From: Octopus sinensis
Lineage: Eukaryota
Assembly: GCF_006345805.1 (NCBI RefSeq)
Contig: NW_021836179.1
Location: 186,001 to 250,000 of the forward strand
Reading direction: 5' to 3'
DNA length: 64,000 nucleotides
This document shows, one piece after another, positions 1 through 10,289 of the stretch (positions within the stretch are counted from its first letter, which is position 1; each line of letters starts with the position of its first letter). Below the pieces are notes generated by a model, which did no database searches, was not told where the DNA came from, and saw only the letters and a program-made list of their open reading frames with translations. Both the position numbers and the translations under genes were made by a program.

Positions 1-129
<129 letters not shown>

Positions 130-199
130 TTATATCGTTGTCAAAATTCATTAAAACACCCAACAGCAAACAATATTTTAAAACCTTTTCACCTGCTGA

Positions 200-722
200 A
201 TCATGGCTGCTACCCACCTCTCCTCTCCTCTCTTGCTCTCACAACTCCTTACTCTCTTCACTCCTACCCAAATTCTCTCTTCATTGGTACACCCCACCAC
301 TCCACATGCACTAGCACTGACTACTTCACAGTACCTATACCACACACCTACACATAACCATCTACACACTCACACATTACAGACACACACACACAAGCGC
401 ACATCCATACGTCAACGTCACTAACCCCTATACACACACACACACACACATTCTCATATATGCACACACGTCTGTATCTGCATTTTGGGATCACCAATGC
501 TTTACCTCCCCTTCTTTCTACCTCTCCTGTCATACTTGACCGCTAAATCTTTTTCTTTTCTTTTCTCTCTCTCTCTCTCTGTTTATTTTCTATTTTTCCT
601 CTCTGCTGAAGAGCATAGGCTTGAAACATAAAAGACTCACTTTCCTGAGTTTGAAACCAATAAACTTACTTGTTGTTCACACACCCGTCTTTGTGTTTTG
701 CTTTTCTGTAAATTTCAACTAT
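200..722 (+). mobile_element. Penelope-like element 3'/pLTR relic
   Basis: CT/CA-rich tract ending in CTGAAGAGCATAGGCTTGAAACATAAAAGAC (hammerhead-core-like CTGANGA..GAAAC, typical of Penelope termini). A related motif occurs at ~5781-5820. Confidence 0.4.
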
Positions 723-733
723 ATATACATATA

Positions 734-1016
734 TATTTCTTTACTACCCACAAGGGGCTAAACACAGAGGGGACAAACAAGGATAGACAAAGGGATTAAG
801 TCGATTACATCGACCCCAGTGCGAAACTGGTACTTTATTTATCGACCCCGAAAGGATGAAAGACAAAGTTGACCCGAGTTCAAATTCCGCCGAGGTCGAC
901 TTTGCTTTTCATCCTTTTGGGGTCAATTAAATAAAGTACCAGTTTCACACTGGGGTCGATGTAATCGACTTAATCCCTTTTGTCTGTCCTTGTTTGGCCC
1001 CTCTGTGTTTAGCCCC
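734..1016. mobile_element. Two inverted fragments of a Deu/Nin-domain tRNA-derived SINE
   Basis: Core CTTTCATCCTTTCGGGGTCGATAAA..AGTACCAG on the minus strand at 734-875 and on the plus strand at 876-1016. Confidence 0.85.
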
Positions 1017-1020
1017 CAGC

Positions 1021-1200
1021 AGCCACGTAAAGAGCACCCACTACACTCACGGAGTGGTTGGCGTTAGGAAGGGCATCCAGCCGTAGAAACATTGCCAGAT
1101 CAGACTGGGCCTGGTGCAGCCTTCTGGCTTCCCAGACCCCAGTTGAACCGTCCAACCCATGCTAGCATGAAAAGCGGATGCTAAATGATGATGATGATGA
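1021..1200 (+). mobile_element. SINE with RTE-type 3' tail
   Basis: GGTTGGCGTTAGGAAGGGCATCC...CCCATGCTAGCATG..(GAT)n tail. Further copies lie at ~1640-1890, 31100-31385, 31965-32295, 37910-38140 and 51015-51400. Confidence 0.85.
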
Positions 1201-1221
1201 TATATATATAGTTGAAATTTG

Positions 1222-1440
1222 TCCAATGCTAGAGGGACAAACACATACACACACGCACATATATATATACATATATATGACAGACTTCTTTCAGTTTCCG
1301 TCTACCAAATCCACTCACAAGGCATTGGTCAGTCCGAGGCTATAGCAGAAGACACTTGCCCAAGATGCCATGCAGTGGGACTGAACCCGGAACCATGTGG
1401 CTGGTAAGCAAGCAACTTACCACACAGCCACTCCTGCGCC
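1222..1440 (-). mobile_element. 5' half of the tRNA-derived SINE with a central (TA)n tract
   Basis: Reverse complement of GGCGCAGGAGTGGCTGTGTGGTAAG..GGTTCAGTCCCACTG; A/B-box-like head. Confidence 0.85.
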
Positions 1441-2181
1441 TATGTATATACATATATATGTATGTATATACATATATATGTATGTATATACATATATATG
1501 TATGTATGTACATATATATATACATGCACACATCCAAAAGTGGAGACTTTCAGACAATGAATATTTAAGTTAACTTTGATACTTTTAATTGTACCACTTA
1601 TAAATGCTGATGTGGACAAAGTATTAAGCCATGTCAATTTTATGAAATTGTTAATAGCACCAACCGATCGTAGCCGCTGCCAGACTCCCCTGGCACTTGT
1701 GCCAGTGGCACGTAAGAAGCACCCACTACACTCATGGAGTGGTTGGCGTTAGGAAGGGCATCCAGCTGTAGAAATACTGCCAGATCAGACTGGATTCTGG
1801 TGCAGCCCCTGGCTTCCCAGATCCCCGGTCGAACCATCAACCCGTGCTAGCGCGGAAAACGGATGTTAAACGATGATGATGATGATGAAGCGAACGCTTA
1901 GCAATAATTGGATCCATGGCTGCTTAGAAACTTCTGCTTTTAAATCTTCCAAAATATTCAGGAGTAAAAATAAAAGCAATTCCATTATCATGACAACATG
2001 TATATCATCATTGGTGGCGCTGACTCGTGTCTGAGTAGTTACTCTATAGCGAGTGAGTGAGCCCCTTCAACTTGTTGGGTGCCCCTGAGGTGGCTGTTCA
2101 GGGAAAGGATGATATATATTTTTATTATGGAGATGTACTTGCATAGCAAGTGACCTGATCTGAGATCGTGTGCTGGAAGGA

Positions 2182-2453
2182 AAACAATTGCAGCATGGAA
2201 GGTGTTTATAAGCCATTTAAGAAACACACAAAAACCGTGAGATTCACTTCAACAATTAAATTTAATTTGTTAATATATTTTCATTTCTTTGAGACTGAGA
2301 CATATTCACTGCAGGACAGAATTTTGTCAGTGAACAGGTCGTGGTCTGAAAGAGACGAAAATATTTTGACAAATTAAATTTAAATGTTGAAGTGAATCTA
2401 ACGGTTTTTGTGTGTTTCTTAAATGGCTTAGAAACACCTTCCATGCTGCAATT

Positions 2454-2457
<4 letters not shown>
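2182..2457. mobile_element. Palindromic MITE-like element
   Basis: ~115-bp inverted arms (AAACAATTGCAGCATGGAAGGTGTTT..., 2182-2296 vs 2344-2457) around a short spacer. Confidence 0.75.
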
Positions 2458-2512
<55 letters not shown>

Positions 2513-2552
2513 TATATATTTCATTTCATTTCATTTGAGTTTGAGTCCATGC

Positions 2553-2918
2553 TCAGGCCAAGTCGAAGACTCCACCCTCAGAGTCTGGTGTGGTTGCCAG
2601 GTTGTATTCTCTGTATAATTTTGACATGTGTAGGAGTGAGTTTGAGTGAGTTTGTGCTCGTTGTGTATATCCTGGGGGATGGGGTTCATCTCTAATGGTG
2701 CTTAAGTATCTATCCAGCTGCAATTTGAATGATTCCACACTGCATCCTGATAGATTTCTGACATGTACCGGAATGGAGTTGAATAGTTGTGCTCCTCGAA
2801 CCAACAGACTTGACTCTCGCAGGGTTTTTGCTGATGATGAGAACCTAATAATGTTTGAAAATCGATTTAGGTTGTTCATTATTTTCAGTCTGCAGAGAAA
2901 CAGGTAAAAATTTGTCAT
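2553..2918 (-). mobile_element. CR1/L2-group LINE ORF2 C-terminal fragment
   Basis: Peptide RGAQLFNSIPVHVRNLSGCSVESFKLQLDRYLSTIRDEP matches the typical post-RT tail of CR1/L2-group LINEs. Confidence 0.7.
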
Positions 2919-3039
2919 GCTTAAATTATACCATATTTTACATATATATTGTAGTGACTTAATTTAGATATAAAGTAGATTCGAACCTAAATCGGCAAAT
3001 TCCCCCAAATATCGATGTTAGTAATTCAATATTATGAAT

Positions 3040-4103
3040 TTCGTCGACCCTGAAAGGATGAAAGGTGGAATTTGAAGTCAGGCCGTAGCGACGAGTGAAA
3101 TACCAGTTTTGACAGCACGTAAAAGATTCTTATTTCTTTACTGCTCACAAGGGGCTAATTAAGTCGATTACTGCGTAACTGGTACTTAATTTATCGACCC
3201 CGAAGGGTTAAAAGACAAAGTCGACCTCGGCAGAATTTGAACTCACAACATAGCGGCAGACGAAATACCGCTAAGAATTTCGCCCGGCGCGCTAACGTTT
3301 CTGTCAGCTCGCCGCCTTATGCTTGGTTAACCACAATTAAGTATAAAATATATCTTTTAGAACATCGTCACCAAGGCCGTTGCTGGGAACAACGAAGATG
3401 CGTTTATCACAGCCAAGATATTAACCACAGTAACCATGGTGATTTGCATCAAAATATTATTACTATTTTTTTCCCTTCTTTCTTCAAATTTTCTTCCGTT
3501 TCTCGCCGAGTGTTTTCCGTTACAACCTGTTTCACCCAGGAGAATATCAATAACATATTTTTGTATGTTCTACACGGAGATTTTGGTGTGAGTAAATATA
3601 TTTTCACACTAAATATTGATTTGTATAGCATATATTTCTTTATTGCCCACAAGGGGCTAAACATAGAGGGGACAAACAAAGGCAGACAAAGGGAAAAAGT
3701 CGATTACATCGACTCCAGTGCGTAACTGGTACTTTATTTATCGACCCCGAAAGGATTAAAGGCAAAGTTGAACTCAGAACGTTGCGGCAGACGAAATACT
3801 GCTAAGCATTGCGGCCGGCGTGCTAACGATTCTGCCAGCTCGCCGCCTTATTGATTTCTTTAGAATAACATGTAAGATATACATACGTGTTTCTTTATTG
3901 CCCAGAAGGGGACAAACAAGGACAGACAAACGGATTAAGTCGATTACATCGACCCCAGTGCATAACTGGTACTTTATTTATCGACCCCGAAAGGATTAAA
4001 GGAAAAGTCGACCTCGGCGGAATTTGAACCCAGAACGTAGCGGCGGACGAAATACGGCTACACATTTCGCCCGGCGTGCTAACGATTCTGCCAGCTCGCC
4101 GCC
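3040..4103 (-). mobile_element. Cluster of Deu/Nin-domain SINE copies (~3100-3320, 3635-3850, 3885-4103)
   Basis: Repeated reverse-complement GGCGGCGAGCTGGCAGAATCGTTAGCACGCCGG head and Nin core. Confidence 0.85.
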
Positions 4104-4280
4104 TTTACATACCTATCTATCGATTGATCATACGTGCCGGACTTCTTGTCTGGCTTCCAGAAATCCGGGAATATGCCGACTTGAAAAATACACCCTTCCC
4201 CCACCCCACATATATAAAAAAAAAGAAGAAATTTTTACGGTGAGCAACGATCTTCTTCTTCAAATGTAAACAAAAGACCG
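3390..4280 (+). promoter_or_regulatory. Older, SINE-interrupted copy of the ZNF promoter/exon-1 unit
   Basis: 3390-3632 aligns to the reverse complement of 22860-23170 (octamer ATTTGCAT, GTGAGT donor). Remaining pieces are at 3860-3885 (GTAAGA donor) and 4108-4170 (TATCGAT, GAAATCCGGGAATA). Confidence 0.6.
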
Positions 4281-4339
4281 TTCACCAGTTTGACTGCAAC
4301 GGTACCCATACCGTAATTTAGCCTCTTAGCAATTATTGA

Positions 4340-4530
4340 TCATAATATTCCATGCTTCCTGAGATTCACCAACACTACACCTGATCTTTCTCCCCTCCAT
4401 ACACACACAAGCACGTATCTGACTCATACACTGTTCGCTTCCCAGGCATTTCTACATTACTGCAGATGCTTTATTACACACTTTCTGACAGGTTGTGGGG
4501 CACCTGAGCCCTGGATACAATAATTTCGTT
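4340..4530 (+). mobile_element. CR1-like LINE 3' end
   Basis: CCATGCTTCCTGAGATTCACCAACACTAC...(ATT)n tail, the same 3' end as at 33070-33495 and 62560-63020. Confidence 0.75.
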
Positions 4531-4704
4531 ATTATTATTATTATTATTATTTAAGGGTTTCAAATTTTGCCAGAAGGGGACGAGACGATTATATCGAGCG
4601 CAGTTCATAGTCCCTATTTCCTCCTCCCCTTTTGGAGCGGAGGGAATAAGTACCCCTTAAGGAGTTGGTTCTGGGGACGGGGGGGGGGGAATCCCCGCAG
4701 ATCG

Positions 4705-4830
4705 AAAGAGGGGGCGGATTACTTTTGTCACATGACACCCCACACTTCCGTTTCCGCTACATCCTGCCTGACGCGGGAGAAGAACCGTAAAGTGTTTTTG
4801 TTTGTTTTTCACGGAGATTTTGAGGTGAGT
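4705..4830 (+). promoter_or_regulatory. Putative promoter and non-coding exon 1 of ZNF-1
   Basis: CpG-rich. GC box GGGGCGG (~4711), palindromic E-box GTCACATGAC (4727-4736), ETS-like CACTTCCG, donor GAG|GTGAGT (4825). Conserved in the copy at 22880-23005 (-). Confidence 0.6.
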
Positions 4831-4849
4831 AAACATATTTTCACTCTAA

Positions 4850-5530
4850 ATATTGATTTGTGTAGCATAACAAGTAAGATATCCACACCTATCTATCGAT
4901 CGATCGATCGTAGGTGCCGGATCTCTTATCCGGCTTCCAGAAATCCGGGAATACTTACACCGTGTATCGAGTATTCGGTTCCGCCCTCCCTTTTTCCGAA
5001 GATGACCAGGTTTTCATCTTTACACTTTGTGGGTCCTGAGGGACTGTGGCCTTCCTTGCTGCTGCCCCCCTCTCTTTAGAATCTCTGGTCATATTGATTT
5101 GTGTAGCATAACAGGTAAGATATCCACACCTATCTATCGATCGATCGTAGGTGCCGGATCTCTATCCGGCTTCCAGAAATCCGGGAATACTTATACCGTG
5201 TATAAGATGACCGGGTTTTCATCTTTACACTTTGTGTGTCCTGAGGGACTGTGGTCTTCCTTACTGCCGCCCCCGTCTCTTTAGCTTCTCTGGTCATATC
5301 TAATTCGGATTGTTTTCCTCCCCCAGAGCACACAACACTACGCTTCAGTGAGCGATGTTGAGCAGAATCTTCCAAAGTTAGACTAAGTTTCACCAAAGAA
5401 CAGACGGAATGACACCCTCAACACAACACGGCCTAATTTCCTATTTTACAAACGTAAAATCGATTCACAGGTGAAATTGCATCAATGAATTGCACGAGTA
5501 TTCTTGTCGCAGTGGACCTTATGAGAAATG
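4850..5530 (+). repeat. CpG-rich module shared by ZNF paralogs, containing a ~240-bp tandem duplication
   Basis: Units at 4850-5092 and 5093-5290. Near-identical reverse-complement copies at 15480-16190 and 22520-22870. Contains CAG|GTAAGA donor(s) and TATCGATCGATCG. Confidence 0.85.
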
Positions 5531-5735
5531 GCACTTTGCCAGTTCTTCGCAGTCGCAGCATATCTCCAGAGGTCTCGGTTTTTTTGTCATTGCCTCTGTG
5601 AGGCATAATGTTCGAAGGCCATGCTTCACTACCTCATCCCGTGTCTTCCTGGGTCTACCTCAACCCCGGATTCATTCAACTGTTTGGGAGTGGCACTTTT
5701 TTACACACCTCTCCTCATCCTATGTGTGTATGTAG
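5530..5735 (-). mobile_element. RTE LINE 3' fragment
   Basis: Minus strand encodes RGRPRKTRDEVVKHGLRTLCLTEAMTK; homologous to 51540-51700. Confidence 0.7.
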
Positions 5736-5911
5736 CTCCTACACGCATTTTTTTCTCTCTTGTATTTCTTCTGTGTATCTTTCTGTCGAAGAGCGTAGGC
5801 TAGAAACGTAAAAGACTTGTTCTATTTCTATTTCTGAGCTCCATACTAATACATTTGTTTGTTTGTACTCCACCTGCCTTCGTCTTTTGTTTATTTTCGT
5901 AAATCTTCCCG

Positions 5912-5981
<70 letters not shown>

Positions 5982-6106
5982 TGTGATGGAGTAGTTGTAG
6001 TCTACAAATTTTTAGATTTCACCCAATGATGTCAATATAGAAATGTTATAACATTTCTCTTTTGATCTCTCCTCTCTATCTAAATACTGTTTCTTTATTA
6101 TTTCAG

Positions 6107-6549
6107 ATTAACGGATGACATTGGCATAAAACGACTTTTGTTCATAGGAGACATTTGGAATATTTACCATATTTTAAAGACTAAAGGAAAACGTTTTAGG
6201 GAACAAATATAATAACCCTACTGCTATAAATCTGGGATTGAATTACTGTGAAATATTTGCTATGAAATATTGGCTCTCACCTGAGATTCATACCAACATT
6301 TCTCCATCTCCTTACCTGGTGCTTTTGCTTTCTAATTAAATTTGAATATATTTTTAAAGGGGTTTGCAGCATCTTTAGATATTTATAATGATCACAGTTG
6401 ATAGCAGTAGAAATATTTCTAAGGAGTAAATTATTACAAAAGAACAAGAAAAAGGAAATTATATGATTTGGTCAGAGAAGAACGGTAAAGGAAAAATTTG
6501 ATACTGTGAGAAACTTCAATGGTTGGGTTGATTTGTATCCTTTAGAGAA
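6107..6549 (+). other. Conserved region upstream of the ZNF ATG (5' part of exon 2), beginning at a splice acceptor
   Basis: TTTCTTTATTATTTCAG| acceptor (AG at 6105-6106). Homologous blocks precede ZNF-2 (12859-12487), ZNF-3 (17635-17273) and ZNF-6 (36515-37095). Confidence 0.7.
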
Positions 6550-7413
6550 ATGTCAAAAGAACTGAGAAAATCAAAACATTGGTGTGAAATCTGTGGTAAA
6601 TCATTCTTTAGAAGTACTGAGTTGATTAAACACATTCGTGTTCATACAGGTGAGAAGCCATTTGACTGTGATACCTGTGGTAAATCATTCTCTCTAAGAC
6701 ATCACTTAACTGAACATAAACGTATTCATACTGGGGAGCGGCCACATCACTGTGATGTCTGTGGTAAATCATTCTCTGCAAGTAGTACGTTAACTAAACA
6801 CAAACGTATTCACACAGGAGAGAAACCATATCACTGTGATATCTGTGGTAAGGCATTCACTGAGAATGGTCACTTACACAGACACAAACGTTTTCATACA
6901 GGAGAAAAGCCATTTCAATGTGTCACCTGTGGTAAGTCATTCTCTGAAGGTAATGCCTTAACAACACACAAACGTATTCACACAGGAGAGAAGCCATATC
7001 GCTGCAATATCTGTGGTACATCATTTTCTGAATGCGGAGTCTTAGTAAGACACAGACGTATTCACACGGGAGAGAGACCGTATCACTGTGTTATCTGTGG
7101 TAAATCATTCTCTGGAATTAATGACTTGACTAGACACAAACGTATTCACACAGGGGAGAGACCATATCAGTGTGACGTCTGTGGTAAATCATTCACTGCA
7201 AAACAGAACTTAATTAAGCACAGACGTGTTCATACAGGGGAGAAACCATATCACTGTGACATCTGTGATAAATCATTCTCTCAGAGCAACAGCTTAACTA
7301 CTCACAAACGTATTCATACGAGAGAAAAACCACATCACTGTGATATCTGTGGTAAATCATTCTCTAGGAGAAGTAACTTAACTACACATGCATCTGTCCA
7401 TGCGAAAGTGTGA
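6550..7413 (+). CDS. C2H2 zinc-finger protein, 10 fingers, 287 aa (ZNF-1)
   Basis: Ten CxxC-x12-HxxxH units joined by TGEKP/TGERP linkers; intact ORF with only a ~10-aa leader. Confidence 0.96.
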   Translation: MSKELRKSKHWCEICGKSFFRSTELIKHIRVHTGEKPFDCDTCGKSFSLRHHLTEHKRIHTGERPHHCDVCGKSFSASSTLTKHKRIHTGEKPYHCDICGKAFTENGHLHRHKRFHTGEKPFQCVTCGKSFSEGNALTTHKRIHTGEKPYRCNICGTSFSECGVLVRHRRIHTGERPYHCVICGKSFSGINDLTRHKRIHTGERPYQCDVCGKSFTAKQNLIKHRRVHTGEKPYHCDICDKSFSQSNSLTTHKRIHTREKPHHCDICGKSFSRRSNLTTHASVHAKV

Positions 7414-8428
7414 TGGTATCATTGTCAGAATTCATTAGAACATCCAACAACAGCCGAAATCTTAAAACCGTTCTCTCTGGTAAATCACGGCTTAACCTTT
7501 GTGCCCTTAACAGTAACCATACTCATCAAAGTTACCACGTTGAGATGTTTTTTTATAGTCAGATGCCCTTCCTTATGCCAACCACTTTAGTAGATTCTTA
7601 CCTGGCATTCACATAGTTTACCTGGACACAGGTTGCTTTTTAAACTCCATTCCGTTCAGAAAATAACTTGTAAACATAAATTTATTCACATAGTAAAAAA
7701 AAGATATGTGTGTGTGATAACAAGCTGTTATCAATATACAGATCAATATACAGACGGATAGGTATGTAGACTATATGAACAGACATATTTGGAGACACGG
7801 ATCCTCACATATAAAGATGCACATCCATACATACAAACATGGTACATAGTTACATAACACACACACACACAAGGGGACAGAGGTGCATATATACACAAAC
7901 ACAGACAGGCAAGCACATGAATGTGTATTCTATCCATTCTATTCAGGACCAAGTTGAAGATTGTGTTTTGGAGAAAAAAGAAGACAGGGCAATGTTGTTT
8001 CTTACACTCCCAAGAAGAGGCATAAGGTTGCGGACAAACCATTTCTCGAATCTGTCGAGTGTTTTGCGAAAAAAACCCCAAAAAAAACATGACCTTGGAG
8101 CCTTACCAAAGACAAGAATCTGGATATTCTCTGTGTAGAAGTGAAATTTTATCATAAACATGTGGTGCTGCACAGTAATAAGAGACCTGGGTGAATGAAG
8201 AAGAATGCAAATGCCATGGATTGTATTATGAATGCCCTCGATTGATGTAAGAAGCTCTGCAATGACATCTGGACCCAATTTGTTGAGACTGGAGAAGTTT
8301 CAGAGCAGAAGTTGACTGGAAATGGAAATCCAAAATCTTCAGTAAATCCTGATCTTCATCTAAATCTTAATTTGGTGATTCAATACTGTTGCTCTTTAAA
8401 TATTTACAGAGATTATTTTCCCTGGAGG

Positions 8429-8461
<33 letters not shown>

Positions 8462-9623
8462 CCACTGATAGTGTTTAGAAGACCTTGTAACTTCTGTGAT
8501 GGTGTTAATACATGGGACCAATGCCAAGACAGACATTCATCTCAGTGGAGTCCCCTCCTTTCCCCTGGACTGTCCCTTATTACGGTGTGTATTATGTCTT
8601 CTCCCCCCCCCCCCCCCACTACACCTCATCATCCACTACAATCCCTTTCCTCCACCTCCTCCCCAACACCACTCTCTCCTCTCTGTCTTCTAGTCTCCCA
8701 CTTCCAACTGTATCATTTCTCTCTTTCTGCTCCTCAATATACAAAGCTTCACCACTCACTGCATCCCCCTTCCTTTTCCTCCCCTGTCTACCTCCCACTC
8801 TCCTCTTACACTCACAAACCCACCTCCCTCACTGCAACAGTCTTTCTCTTTCTCTTGCATATTAATCCTCAGACTTCTTCAGCAGATGCAGTTACATTCC
8901 ATCCATGACTCTCCAGTTTTTTTTTCTGACGTTCTTTATCCAGCATTAAATCAGCAAGTAATCTCTAGTTTTCAGGACCAGAAGGTTTAAATTGCATAGA
9001 ATTTAGCTGTTGTTTCTAGCAGGTGAAGTGACCATATATTGATCAAACAAAAAGAAAATATTGATGAACAAATAAAATTCAGCTGAATATATTCTTTTCT
9101 TCTTTTACCTGTTTCTCTGTTTGTAGCCTCTGGCAACAGACAGGGAGATGGGATTCTATCTGTTTCCACTTCTGTTCCAAACTGGATACAAATACTATGT
9201 CGAAATTGCTTCTCAAAATATGTATCTTATGTAACCATAAATATAAAATATCTTCTAGAACCATAAATGGACACAGGACAGACGATGTAATCTAGTTTAT
9301 GAGAGCAACTACGGACTTTGTATTTTATATCAGAAGTCCCAACCAACGGATTGCATATCGGAACCCACCTGTGGAACTTTTGCTACCAGGCTGCAAAGAA
9401 ATAATTCATTTGTTTAAAATTATATAATAATTAAATTGAATATTGGACTTGAATTTTAAAATTGTTTAAATATTCAACATTCATCTCTGCTCAATACTCT
9501 CATAACTGTAACCACATTTATAATTAAAGTATAATTCTATAATTACTGAGTATTTTACGTCTACCTTTACTATCTATAATAACAATGGCTACATTTTGCA
9601 ATTAATGTATATTTTTTTATTTA

Positions 9624-10000
9624 TAGGCGCAGGAGTGGTAAGTAGCTTGCTAACCAACCACATGGTTCCGGGTTCAGTCCCACTGTGTGGCACCTTGGGC
9701 AAGTGTCTTCTGCTATAGCCCCGGGCCGACCACAGCCTTGTGAGTGGATTTGGTAGACGGAAACTGAAAGAAGCCCGTCGTATGTATATATATATATATG
9801 TGTGTCTGTGTTTGTCCCAGTAGCATTGCTTGACAACCGATGCTGGTGTGTTTATGTCCCCGTTACTTAGCGGTTCGGCAAAAGAGACCGATGGAATACG
9901 TACTGGGCTTACAAAAGAATAAGTCCCGGGGTTGAGTTGCTCGATTAAAGGTGGTGCTCCAGCATGGCCGCAGTCAAATTACTGAAAGAAGTAAGAGAGT
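9624..10000 (+). mobile_element. Full-length tRNA-derived (TA)n-core SINE
   Basis: Head GGCGCAGGAGTGG through tail CAGCATGGCCGCAGTCAAAT..GTAAGAGAG. Confidence 0.9.
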
Positions 10001-10289
10001 ATGTAATTCAACTAATTTTCAGATTTGAAAGAAATTATACACTTTGTCTTCTCTTTAATAAATCACTCTTTTATTATTTCCCATCTGAATCGAAATGCAG
10101 TGGAATCATCCATGTACCACAACCGGTCCGCATAATTATTGTCTGGCACGAAGCCGGTCCATTGTAGAAAAAAGGTTGGAGAGAACCGTTTCATATATAC
10201 ATCCTGTCCACAACTCTATGTAAGGGAGATAACTTAGCATTCCGATATTTTTAATAAAATCTTAAATATATATAACGTAATGAAATTAT

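Noticed and set aside
6270-6325. Conserved antisense splice donors (CAG|GTAAGG, CAG|GTGAGA) in the ZNF 5' region
   Set aside because: Lost in the ZNF-2 paralog and not linked to any acceptor; likely incidental.
6107-6549. KRAB or other known effector exon upstream of the ZNFs
   Set aside because: No KRAB-A (VTFEDVAV..), SCAN, ZAD or BTB motif in any frame.
7940-8400. Tc1/IS630-like HTH relic (IWTQFVETGEVS)
   Set aside because: A single short, weak resemblance with no DDE motif or TIRs.
9624-9700. tRNA genes at SINE heads (also 21165, 34700, 59560-59590)
   Set aside because: Only A/B-box-like remnants continuing into SINE bodies; no complete cloverleaf.
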